From Candidatus Collierbacteria bacterium GW2011_GWC2_44_18 (GTDB lineage Bacteria > Patescibacteriota > Microgenomatia > UBA1400 > MFAQ01), in assembly GCA_001000865.1 (NCBI GenBank), contig LCIE01000003.1, positions 2,531 to 57,684 of the forward strand: DNA of 55,154 bases, in the 5' to 3' direction. Each line of letters starts with the position of its first letter. The first letter of the stretch is position 1. A program made the position numbers and the translations under genes. Under the pieces are notes generated by a model. The model had not been told where the DNA came from. It did not search any database and saw only the letters and a program-made list of their open reading frames with translations. Shown here piece by piece: positions 1 through 8,835 of this stretch.

Positions 1-1
1 A

Positions 2-316
2 GTAAAGACCATTACCTGTGACAGAGGTAAGGAGAACAGTAAACACAAACTAACCTCAAAACAGTTGGGTACCACTGTCTACTTTTGTAATGCTTACCAT
101 TCATGGGAGAAGGGAACGGTCGAGAACATGAACGGAAGAATCCGAAGGTATATTCCAAAAAAGACTAGTCTTGAAAACTTGACTCAAAGACAAGTTTCTT
201 CTTTAGAAAATATCCTCAACAATACCCCGAGGAAATGTTTGAACTTCCTGACTCCAAATGAGAGAATGGCACAAATTACAAATCACCTAAGTGGTGCACT
301 TCCACTGCGGATGTAG
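2..316 (+). mobile_element. IS30-family DDE transposase, C-terminal fragment (5' part lies left of the window)
   Basis: The frame is open from nt 2; track ORF 65..316 is its tail. TCDRGKENS ... YHSWEKGTVENMNGRIRRYIPKKTSL ... LNNTPRKCLNFLTPNE fits the second-Asp/Glu region and the LNxRPRKxLxxxTP tail typical of IS30 transposases. Confidence 0.8.
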
Positions 317-474
317 GAACCTACGAACCAGCTATTAACTACCCCATATACTACAGGATGCGGATGCTATGATTCGCCTTGTGTTAGCTTGGGCGAAAGA
401 GTGGCAACGTCGTACTATTGCCCGCGATTGGCACAAGATTCTCTACAAATCCAAATGGGAGTGATGAATTTCTT

Positions 475-502
475 GACCCCGCCGACGGCAGGGTCTTTTT
501 TT
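475..502 (+). terminator. Rho-independent terminator-like hairpin
   Basis: A GACCC(c)GCC-gac-GGC(a)GGGTC stem-loop is followed by a T7 run. It lies directly after a stop-bounded ~40-codon ORF remnant ending at 464. Confidence 0.5.
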
Positions 503-554
503 GCCTTTAACTGTGGGGTTATAATTATCAAGAGTTAATCTATCTCAAATTGAA

Positions 555-2810
555 ATGAAAAAAAAATTAAAGTATTGGCCGTTCTTGGTTTTTACGATAG
601 CCTGTTTGATATATTACTGGCGGGTGTTTTTGAAGGGGGATGTCCCCTTTCCGGGAGACTTGATGGTGGGAGCCTATCTGCCTTGGCTGGAAAATAAATG
701 GGGTTTCCCCACCGGTGTGCCGGTAAAAAATCCCTTAATTTCGGATATTTTTTCGCAGTTCTATATGTGGAAGAGTTTGGTGGCCGAATCGTGGCGACAT
801 CTCCAAATTCCCCTGTGGAATCCGTTCTCGTATTCCGGATACCCTTTGATGGCTAATTTCCATTCAGGTGCATTCTACCCACTTGGTTTTCTTTACTTGC
901 TACTGGGAGATATTAAGGGATGGGACTTTTTGGTGGTACTCCCTTCGTTGGCTACCGCCATCTCTATGTATCTCTATCTCCGACAAATTAAAGTCAAGAA
1001 AGTTGGGGCTGTGGCCGGAGGCATTATTTATGCCTACTCCGGCTTTGCTATCAGCTGGGCTCAATTCGTAACCGCCGCTCACGCCATGATCTGGATGCCC
1101 TTGATCTTTATTGTGTTGGAAAAGTTTTTCGACTCTAAAAGAACCTATTATCTTTACTACTTACCCCTGATCTTCTTTCTACTGATTACCTCGGGACATT
1201 TCCAGATAATGGTCTATATCACAGTGTTGACGGTCGTTTATTTTGTCTGGAAATGGATGGAGGCTAAAGACTATAAATTGTTCCTGGCGACCATCATTCC
1301 CGGACTGCTGACTCTAGGTTTGGCCGCTTTTCAGATGCTACCGACTCTGGAACTAACCAAATATGGATTAAGATCGGTGGAAAATTATATTTCCGGTTAC
1401 AACTACGGTTTGCTACCAATAAAGTATTTGACTACTTTAATTGCACCGGATTATTTTGGTAACCCGGCAACAGGAAACTTCTTTGGAGTCTTCAATTATC
1501 ATGAAGCAATTTTTTACACGGGAGTTCTAGCGGTTTTCTGTTTTGTCTTATCTCTCTTTCTTTTCAAAACCAATAAATATGTCAGATTCTTTGTGTTGGC
1601 CGCAGTGATCGCCTTTTTGTTCGGCTTTGACACACCACTCGGTAAAGCCGTTTACACCTTTAATGTGCCAGGGTTGTCGACCAGCGCCGCAGGAAGAGTG
1701 GCGGTAATCTTCTCGATGAGCTTGGCTGTATTATCCGGAATTGTCTTATCTAACTTAGAAAAAATCAGTTTGAAGAAAATACTGCTCACTATCGGGGTGA
1801 TTGGTTTAGCTTACTCGGCAATTTATTACTTGGCTCGTTTTACCGACGGAATACTGCTCTCCCCCAATAATCCCAGTATGCTACTTGCCCAGAGAAGAGC
1901 CGTCACTTTAAGAAATTTGCTTTTGCCAGGTGCTTTTGTCGGTCTGTACTCACTGATTTTTCTCTTGGCCAAAAAATGGAAGGGCATGACCGGTCTGCTG
2001 ATAGTAGTGGTTTGTTTGGAAATGTTCCGATTTGGCTGGAAATATATTCCGTTTGTGCCGGAAAGAATTGTCTACCCCGACACTCCCGTGATTACCTTTT
2101 TAAAAGAAAAAGCCAAAACAGATGTCTTCAGAATCGATCGGGAAAGAGCGGAGATTATGCCGCCGGCCACCTGGATGCAGTACCGCTTCATGAGCCCATC
2201 GGGCTACGATCCAATGGCGATTAAGGACTATGCTGAGTCTTATCAAGAAAGAATTAATGGAAATTTAAGCGGTCTGGTCGGAAGATATTCCGAACTGGAA
2301 AGATATGACGCGATAGCTCTGGGTGACTTTAACGTCAAATACTTACTGACCGTCAAAAGAGACTCTGTGGGTAAATTGGGGGGAAACAATATTAACTATT
2401 CGATCGACCAGAAGAGGTGGAAAAAGGTCTATGAATCAGAAGCCACAGCCGTACTGGAGAACTTGGATTACCAACCCAGAGCCAGATATTTGGGTGAAAC
2501 GGGTGGGGAAATTAAGATTACTTCCTATACCCCGAATATGATAAAGATTACATACAGTGATGGCGCCAATAAAACCCTGTTACTAGCGGATACTTGGTAT
2601 CCTGGGTGGAAAGCATATGTAAATAACAAAGAAGTAGATATTGAAAAATGTGACGGCATATTCCGATGTATTAAACTTGCCGACAAAGAAGGTGAGGTGA
2701 TATTTGATTATCAACCGGCCAGTTTTTGGCTGGGATTAAAGATCAGCCTGGTCAGCGCCTTACTGACTCTGATAGCACTATTTAGGACACGGAACCATCA
2801 GACGAACTGA
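555..2810 (+). CDS. YfhO-like polytopic membrane protein (putative glycan/glycosyl transfer)
   Basis: 751 aa with many hydrophobic helices. N-terminal FPGDLMVGAYLPW..ISDIFSQFY..LWNPFSYSGYPL and C-terminal DTWYPGWKAYVNNKEVDIEK resemble YfhO-family proteins. Confidence 0.6.
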   Translation: MKKKLKYWPFLVFTIACLIYYWRVFLKGDVPFPGDLMVGAYLPWLENKWGFPTGVPVKNPLISDIFSQFYMWKSLVAESWRHLQIPLWNPFSYSGYPLMANFHSGAFYPLGFLYLLLGDIKGWDFLVVLPSLATAISMYLYLRQIKVKKVGAVAGGIIYAYSGFAISWAQFVTAAHAMIWMPLIFIVLEKFFDSKRTYYLYYLPLIFFLLITSGHFQIMVYITVLTVVYFVWKWMEAKDYKLFLATIIPGLLTLGLAAFQMLPTLELTKYGLRSVENYISGYNYGLLPIKYLTTLIAPDYFGNPATGNFFGVFNYHEAIFYTGVLAVFCFVLSLFLFKTNKYVRFFVLAAVIAFLFGFDTPLGKAVYTFNVPGLSTSAAGRVAVIFSMSLAVLSGIVLSNLEKISLKKILLTIGVIGLAYSAIYYLARFTDGILLSPNNPSMLLAQRRAVTLRNLLLPGAFVGLYSLIFLLAKKWKGMTGLLIVVVCLEMFRFGWKYIPFVPERIVYPDTPVITFLKEKAKTDVFRIDRERAEIMPPATWMQYRFMSPSGYDPMAIKDYAESYQERINGNLSGLVGRYSELERYDAIALGDFNVKYLLTVKRDSVGKLGGNNINYSIDQKRWKKVYESEATAVLENLDYQPRARYLGETGGEIKITSYTPNMIKITYSDGANKTLLLADTWYPGWKAYVNNKEVDIEKCDGIFRCIKLADKEGEVIFDYQPASFWLGLKISLVSALLTLIALFRTRNHQTN

Positions 2811-4391
2811 GGCGTGCCAGGTAAATATTTTCTCTTTGAGGAGACAGAGTTTTGCAAAATTACCAAGCCAGGCAACTGTCCGAGAAGGCATGTCCATATC
2901 CTCTTCGATGATGAGAAAAGTTAAGCCTAGAGAATCAGCATCTCTCTTGTTGGCCCAGATTTTATCTACATCCCGAATATATTCTGGCTGACCGGGTAAA
3001 TATGCCGTCTCGTATGGTTCATAACCGTATTTATGATTACCGTACCACCAGAAGAGATGGTTGTACGGAAAATCGTAAACAGAGGGTAGATAGCTATAGA
3101 CCTTAAACCCGTTGCCTTCAGCATTTTGGTAAACCCAATCAAGAGCCGCAATCTCGTTTTGCAAATTGCTCCGATCATCCGAAGGTTTCCCGGCCACGTC
3201 TCGAGTGTAGTCCCATTGAGACTTAAGGGAGTAATAAATCAACATACCCACAAGCAGGCCAATAAAAACCTTAACAATAATGGCCTTCCTTTCCCAAAGA
3301 TAATTCAAAAAGCATCCAAAAAACAACACAATTGGAATAGAGAGACCGAGAGTGTACCACTCCTTGAGCTTCTGAGGAAAAAGAAGATAAAACACGGCGG
3401 AGAATAAAATGAACCAAAAAGAAAGCGACCAAATTTTGATTTCCTCGAACTTTGATTTTTTAGCGGCGATAAAGATGTATAAAAATAGGGCTAGACTAAC
3501 AATAAATAAGTAGGGCACATAGTTTGGAGGCAAATGAGTAGAGCGAAGAATTAAGAGTTGAAAATGTTCCCAGCGCTGGATTAACTTTTCTGCAAAAGTT
3601 ATTTTCTCTCCAAGCATGGTGCCTTGTCCGGAAAATTCTCCCAAGAGAATCTTGGTCATTATAAAACCATGTTTGAATTCGAAAAGTACTTGGGGGAGTA
3701 GGGTGAGGCCGAAGCCACTAGTTAGGGGAATCAACCTCTTACGAGATGACGAGAAAAGAAGATAGAGAAAGGCGAAAGGAAAAAACAAAATCCCAAAAGC
3801 AGCTTCGATCTGCATGGAAATACCAGAGATGAGACCAAGTATGAACAATTTATATAGATTGCCACGCTTCGCTCGCAATGACATGGAAAGAGGTTGGTAC
3901 TTGGGAGGGGACAAAGCCCAGATGAGAGTCGCAAAATATAGGGTGGTGAAAAAAACCATTGAATTGGCGTTCCAGAAATATCTGGCGGTGTTAAAGCCTG
4001 TGGGCATTAAAAGTAATATGACAGAGACAATGAGAGCGAGTGAGGAGTGATTCTTCTTTAAGACATACCATAAAACGGTTACCGAAAGCTGATACCAGAG
4101 AATCTGCCAATAAACAAGGAATGAGGGATCTCCCCCTCCGGCAACAAAAGGAATTAGATTGAAATAATACCAGAATGGTCCCAGAAGGACACCATTGATA
4201 CTGGTAGTGGGTCCAACTAGGCGAGGGGTGTGAGTGACGACCATGTGGCGCATATCGACCATGTCTCGTCCCTGATCGGTAGTAAAGGGAAAATTATTGT
4301 AAGACACCTCCATGATTTTTAATACGGAGCTGGACAACAAAATGACCAGAAAAATAATCAAGGAGATGTTTTTCTTCAAAAGACTGAGCAT
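2778..4391 (-). CDS. GT-C (ArnT/PMT-like) polytopic membrane glycosyltransferase
   Basis: 537 aa and polytopic. The loop after TM1, TTDQGRDMVDMRHM...GPTTSINGVLLGPFWYY, is paralogous to FLGDEGRDVRIVRDL...GPQTSIGNMYLGPLYYY of 18281..19777. It carries hairpin repeat 3857..3882 in frame (SLRAKRGNL). Confidence 0.55.
   Translation of the reverse strand: MLSLLKKNISLIIFLVILLSSSVLKIMEVSYNNFPFTTDQGRDMVDMRHMVVTHTPRLVGPTTSINGVLLGPFWYYFNLIPFVAGGGDPSFLVYWQILWYQLSVTVLWYVLKKNHSSLALIVSVILLLMPTGFNTARYFWNANSMVFFTTLYFATLIWALSPPKYQPLSMSLRAKRGNLYKLFILGLISGISMQIEAAFGILFFPFAFLYLLFSSSRKRLIPLTSGFGLTLLPQVLFEFKHGFIMTKILLGEFSGQGTMLGEKITFAEKLIQRWEHFQLLILRSTHLPPNYVPYLFIVSLALFLYIFIAAKKSKFEEIKIWSLSFWFILFSAVFYLLFPQKLKEWYTLGLSIPIVLFFGCFLNYLWERKAIIVKVFIGLLVGMLIYYSLKSQWDYTRDVAGKPSDDRSNLQNEIAALDWVYQNAEGNGFKVYSYLPSVYDFPYNHLFWWYGNHKYGYEPYETAYLPGQPEYIRDVDKIWANKRDADSLGLTFLIIEEDMDMPSRTVAWLGNFAKLCLLKEKIFTWHASVRLMVPCPK
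3857..3882 (+). repeat. GCAATGAC-tagged hairpin repeat (GATTGCC...CGCAATGAC), inside a CDS
   Basis: gattgccacgcttcgctcgcaatgac, with the same TATAGATTGCC head as copies at 19785 and 48301. Confidence 0.7.
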
Positions 4392-4394
4392 CTT

Positions 4395-5462
4395 TTATAA
4401 CAATAATTTTATTTTTTCAAAAAAGTTACCCGTCGAAAAAAATTGAGAGCGATCAATGGCTGCCTTGGACATTTCCATAAGAGCCTTTGGATTTTTAATT
4501 AACTCGATTGTTTTTTGGGCTATTTCGGCGTTATCCTCACATAAATAGCCAGTTCCAGCAGTAATGATTTCTTTTTGGCCTCCTTTATTGATGACGACGG
4601 GAACACAACCGGAAGCCATAGCCTCTACCGTAGTCATGCCAAAATGCTCAACCTTTTCCGGGTCTGTTTGCTCGTTGATTCCAAAACCAGCGGCGTGCCA
4701 AAAGAACTTGGCTTGGGAATTGAGTTTCTTTAATTCATTAAATTCCGGATTGATTATAAACTCTACAGCCAACCCTTTGACGGAAGTCCTAAGTTTCTGG
4801 GTGAGAATCTCGTCCCCTTTTAGGCCACCTGCCAAGACAAGCTTGTAGCCTTTTACCTGTTTCGAAAGAGCCCTAAAAGCTTCAACCAACACATCCTGTC
4901 TTTTGCTGTGAGAGGGTGAATCAAACCTGGCAACTGAAAGAATAATGTTTTCTTTTTTGCCCGGTATAAATCCGTTGGTATCTATCGGTGGGTATAAAAC
5001 AAAGCCTTTATCCTTCTGCAAATTTTTCTCAAGGACGTTTCTGGTGAAATTGGAATTGTAAACAAACTTTTTGATGAAGACTGTCTTCAGATTGTTGATA
5101 GTAGAGTTACCGCCCAACCTCTTGAAGGGAACTTGGAGATGAATCAGATTGTTTTTTGAGAATAAGAAAGGCAAGCTGCCGTCACTGACCCAGAAAATTA
5201 GATCGTAGTCTTTGGTGAATTTTAGTCTTTCAGCATAAGCTGTTTTTTGACTGCATAGCCCATAAGCCTCCGAATCAATAGCGACAGGGGATAGGTCCAG
5301 ACCAAAACGGGTCTGTGCTAGTTCCAGCTCCTTTCTATCCGGCCAAGCCAAGACCACATCATAATTATTTTTGATGAGCCCAAGAGCAAAGGTGAGGACA
5401 TAGCGCTCCCCTCCTCCGAGGGTGTCCAGATACGGATCAAAGATTAAGGCTTTTTTCATCAC
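4395..5462 (-). CDS. GT4-family (GT-B, Glycos_transf_1) glycosyltransferase
   Basis: 355 aa. The C-terminal EHFGMTTVEAMASGCVPVV motif (E-x7-E) is typical of retaining GT4 enzymes. Confidence 0.85.
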   Translation of the reverse strand: MMKKALIFDPYLDTLGGGERYVLTFALGLIKNNYDVVLAWPDRKELELAQTRFGLDLSPVAIDSEAYGLCSQKTAYAERLKFTKDYDLIFWVSDGSLPFLFSKNNLIHLQVPFKRLGGNSTINNLKTVFIKKFVYNSNFTRNVLEKNLQKDKGFVLYPPIDTNGFIPGKKENIILSVARFDSPSHSKRQDVLVEAFRALSKQVKGYKLVLAGGLKGDEILTQKLRTSVKGLAVEFIINPEFNELKKLNSQAKFFWHAAGFGINEQTDPEKVEHFGMTTVEAMASGCVPVVINKGGQKEIITAGTGYLCEDNAEIAQKTIELIKNPKALMEMSKAAIDRSQFFSTGNFFEKIKLLL

Positions 5463-5522
5463 AGATATGTATATTCTAATCTAAATGGGAAGTTTCTGTC
5501 TGAGCTAGGAGCATTAGCAGAT

Positions 5523-6329
5523 TTATTTTGCCTGTTTTTCCCATTCGGAAAGGATTTGCTTATCAATATCTTTGTATGTCTCCTTTAGGGATGGTTGTCT
5601 TTGCATCTCCCAAAGACGTTCGTAAGTCACAAATTTGCTGAACATCTGATAGATAATTTCGATCCAGCCCTCGGTACCATCTTTCCAGAGACCTTGCTTG
5701 AGACAGCGATTCCAAAATTCGGTAAACATGATACGAACAAATCTCCAACCAACCATGGGAGGATGACCGGCATTGAGAAGCATGATGGCTTCTGTTTTTG
5801 ACCAGAGGAGAGTATTAGGAAGTTTTTCGTCAATATTTTTGTGGGAGAGGTGGACCATTTGCTGCCTCAAGTCTCCGACAGTACCATCTATTTTGGGTTG
5901 TTCGTGAAGCTTCCCTTCCCAACACTTGAGCGAGGATCTTTTCATAAACCGAAGGACTCGAGAATCACCCCAGTGGTTGAGATGTTTACCTAAGAATACT
6001 TCGTAACGGCTAATGGTGTAACCGGAGTGTTTCGGATGATCGATAGTGGCAAGAATTTCCTGGGCGAGTTTGACCGGAATTCTTTCGTCTGAGTCCAGAT
6101 AAAGAAGCCAGTCCCCTTTGGCGGCTTTGGCACCATCGTTGCGCCACTTGGAAAAACTATTTGTGGTCGTATAAACGATTTTTACGCCATTTTTGCGACA
6201 AATATCCAGAGTTGCATCTGTAGAACCAGTATCGACGGCGATAATTTCGTCGGCGAATTGGGAAGATTTGATGGCAGGAATAATCTCATCTTCGACATTG
6301 CGCGTAAGGATGATGACTGATAGTTTCAT
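5523..6329 (-). CDS. GT2-family glycosyltransferase
   Basis: MKLSVIILTRNVEDEI...AVDTGSTDAT...YLDSDERI (GT-A DxD). I prefer the start at 6329 (MKLSV), which abuts the upstream stop at 6331. The track ORF extends to 6380. Confidence 0.8.
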   Translation of the reverse strand: MKLSVIILTRNVEDEIIPAIKSSQFADEIIAVDTGSTDATLDICRKNGVKIVYTTTNSFSKWRNDGAKAAKGDWLLYLDSDERIPVKLAQEILATIDHPKHSGYTISRYEVFLGKHLNHWGDSRVLRFMKRSSLKCWEGKLHEQPKIDGTVGDLRQQMVHLSHKNIDEKLPNTLLWSKTEAIMLLNAGHPPMVGWRFVRIMFTEFWNRCLKQGLWKDGTEGWIEIIYQMFSKFVTYERLWEMQRQPSLKETYKDIDKQILSEWEKQAK

Positions 6330-6330
6330 A

Positions 6331-7260
6331 TTATTGTTTGCCCGGCACGGACACTTTATTGTTCCAACTGCCCCAGCCAAAGTTTCGCATAAAGAAGTCT
6401 CTCACGGCAATTTTTTGGGCCGGGGTGCCGATAAATAATTTTTTTAAGGCTTCACGGAGCAGAGCAACCTTGGTGCGAGTGGTGGCGTAGGTAGTGCCAA
6501 AGAGGAGGCGGTTTCTAGTCAGAAAATAGTCGTTTAATGGTGAGCCAATACCGGAACTTTGGGCGACTTTGTGCCAAAGCTTAATTTGTGGATCGATGAC
6601 TAGTTTGAGGCCAACTTTCTCGATTCTTTTTCCCAAGTCGGAGTCTTCGAAATAGAGACAGTAACGTTCGTCAAAAAGCCCCACCTGCTCCAGAACTGCC
6701 CGTCTGACGATGAAGAGACAGCCGGTAATGAAATCGGTGCTGCGGACCTGGTCATACTGCCCGCGATCAACTTCATCGACACCAAGATGAGTAGCATAAA
6801 CATTGTCCCAATCGTGTTTACCACCGGCATACCAAATGACTTTCCCCAGATCTGAAGATGAATAGTTTTCTCTAAACTCAAAACCTTTGGCAAAATAGAT
6901 GAGCCCACCAACCGCGCCCACCTTTTCGTCGGTGATAGGAGAGGAGAGTATGTTTTTCACCAAATCTTTTGGGACTACCGTATCGTTGTTGATGAGTACT
7001 GCAATATCAACTTTGTCTTTGAGAGCTCGTCGAAAACCAATATTGTTGCCGGCCGCAAAACCAACATTTCCCGGTGAGTCCAGATAGATAGTGTGGGGGT
7101 ATTTGGCTAACTTTTTCTTCAGACCAACGGAAAGAGAGTTATCGACGCAGTAAGAAACTATCTCCACACCTTTTGGCAAGATACTTTCCTCTAACTGAGA
7201 TACAACCACGAGAGTATCCTCGTCACTGTGAAAGTTAACCGTGATAAAGCCAAGTTTCAT
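6331..7260 (-). CDS. GT2-family glycosyltransferase (rhamnosyltransferase-like)
   Basis: ITVNFHSDEDT...GNVGFAAGNNIGFR...INNDTVV...YFEDSDLGKR motifs. Confidence 0.8.
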   Translation of the reverse strand: MKLGFITVNFHSDEDTLVVVSQLEESILPKGVEIVSYCVDNSLSVGLKKKLAKYPHTIYLDSPGNVGFAAGNNIGFRRALKDKVDIAVLINNDTVVPKDLVKNILSSPITDEKVGAVGGLIYFAKGFEFRENYSSSDLGKVIWYAGGKHDWDNVYATHLGVDEVDRGQYDQVRSTDFITGCLFIVRRAVLEQVGLFDERYCLYFEDSDLGKRIEKVGLKLVIDPQIKLWHKVAQSSGIGSPLNDYFLTRNRLLFGTTYATTRTKVALLREALKKLFIGTPAQKIAVRDFFMRNFGWGSWNNKVSVPGKQ

Positions 7261-7275
7261 TGACCTAATTATAGC

Positions 7276-7869
7276 TTAAGCACGGAGGTATGCTTCTCCT
7301 TCGACTAATGATTCTTTGATTAATTGCGGATCTACCCCAAGAGCGATCATGGCAGATTCGTCCGAGGGTAAAACAAGAGCTCGATATCTCCAAAAATTTT
7401 CGGAGGTTTCATATTCCGGAGTTCCGAGAGCGAGACTTGGATCACTCGGTTCTCGCTGGGCTCGTGGACCCCAGTAGGCAGTACAAAGTTCAAATTTGTG
7501 GTTGTCTCCCTTTAATACGACTGTCATGATACTTGTTCTGATTACTTCCCTACCAATAACAAATCTTGTGTACCACGTCCGTGGTCTGCGTATTGCATAA
7601 ACGAATAAATCGTCGTCTGTTATGGGAACACAGATAGAACTACCCTCCACCCCATCAATTTTCACTTCAACATGAGCGATGCCATTGCTATCCACCAATA
7701 ATGAGTCGGAATAAATTTTCCCTAAGGCAAAACCAAGAGCTTCGTGGGTGTCTGGGTGAGTGAAGTAATGTGACTGCGAGGAAATAAAAACCTCTTCTCC
7801 TGATCCGAGAAACCCAATTACCTTCTGAGTATCGGTTTCTCCGACGTCGATTGCTTCTTTAATTAACAC
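7276..7869 (-). CDS. hypothetical soluble protein embedded in the glycosylation operon
   Basis: 197-aa ORF with no TM segments and no motif I recognise. It is tightly packed between two GT2 genes on the same strand. Confidence 0.5.
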   Translation of the reverse strand: MLIKEAIDVGETDTQKVIGFLGSGEEVFISSQSHYFTHPDTHEALGFALGKIYSDSLLVDSNGIAHVEVKIDGVEGSSICVPITDDDLFVYAIRRPRTWYTRFVIGREVIRTSIMTVVLKGDNHKFELCTAYWGPRAQREPSDPSLALGTPEYETSENFWRYRALVLPSDESAMIALGVDPQLIKESLVEGEAYLRA

Positions 7870-7914
7870 GTAGTAATTATACCTCTATATCCGTAATAAG
7901 ACAGTTGGCAGGGA

Positions 7915-8832
7915 TTATTTAAGGAGGCGACGCTGGAGCTTGAGGAAGAAGGCGTCTGTTTTGGTTTTGGAGTTTTGGATCTTGGAGGTAAGGAACCAGT
8001 AGCGGAATTCTTTGAATTTTTCCATGAAACCGGTTTGCCAGATGGGGGTAAACACTCTTTCATTGACCGGTTTACTTCCTTCCGCTTGCCAAACTTTTAG
8101 ATAAATAAGGAGTATAGAGAAAAACTGAAGCAGGGCAACAATCAGTCCATGAAGACCATCCCTGTAACCTTCACCGGCAAAGAAGCGAGACAAAAACTCA
8201 CCGGTGGGTTTCTTGATTAGATCGGCTGGATCGAATTTGTAGCCGGAGTTAATTAACTCTTTGGACTGCTGATTGGAGTATCGGAGTGCCCTGAGGAAAT
8301 ATTCGTCGATGGTACGATAATGGTGGTGTTCCAGAGCCAGACCCGTTTCTGCCTCCAGATTGACACCTGTGCCGTAAGTGATAGGCACCGAATGAATCTC
8401 GTCTTGCCATTCGACAGAACCTTTTTTGAAAAAGCGAACATTGTAGTCCGGCCACCAACGGGAGTGCTGCAGCCAATGTCCGAAGAGTAAGTTCTTCCTG
8501 GAAATGCGGACAAAATCAATTTCGTTTTGGTCGGCAATTTCAATTAATTTGGCGGCTAATGTTCTGGGCACGCGCTCGTCAGCGTCCACAATCAAGATCC
8601 ACTCCCCAAGAGCCTTCTTGATGGCAAAATTTCTAGCAGGCTCAACGTATCCAATAGCTTTGTGATCATAAATACGATCTGTAAACTGCTTGGCAATTTC
8701 TTTGGTATTGTCCATCGAGTCCATGTCAACAACGACGATCTCGTCACAGAAACTGAGAGACTTCAGGCAATCAAAAATGTTTTCCGATTCGTTTATGGTA
8801 TTAACAACCGCTGAAATTCTTATCTTGGCCAT
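7915..8832 (-). CDS. GT2-family glycosyltransferase
   Basis: ISAVVNTINESENI...VVVDMDSMDNT...VDADERVP (GT-A fold, DxD). Confidence 0.8.
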   Translation of the reverse strand: MAKIRISAVVNTINESENIFDCLKSLSFCDEIVVVDMDSMDNTKEIAKQFTDRIYDHKAIGYVEPARNFAIKKALGEWILIVDADERVPRTLAAKLIEIADQNEIDFVRISRKNLLFGHWLQHSRWWPDYNVRFFKKGSVEWQDEIHSVPITYGTGVNLEAETGLALEHHHYRTIDEYFLRALRYSNQQSKELINSGYKFDPADLIKKPTGEFLSRFFAGEGYRDGLHGLIVALLQFFSILLIYLKVWQAEGSKPVNERVFTPIWQTGFMEKFKEFRYWFLTSKIQNSKTKTDAFFLKLQRRLLK

Positions 8833-8835
8833 GGG

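Noticed and set aside
868-1082. Numerous 60-110-aa ORFs nested in or antisense to large genes (for example 868..1071, 900..1082, 6600..6911, 8249..8543, 30100..30285, 42571..42888, 53709..54143)
   Set aside because: They are fully contained within longer ORFs that have clear family motifs, they have no SD or independent support, and they are typical shadow ORFs.
7863-8063. 66-aa ORF bridging the GT2 gene 7915..8832 and the 197-aa gene
   Set aside because: It overlaps the 3' end of the GT2 CDS out of frame, has a low-complexity Ser/Pro/Lys composition and no start context.
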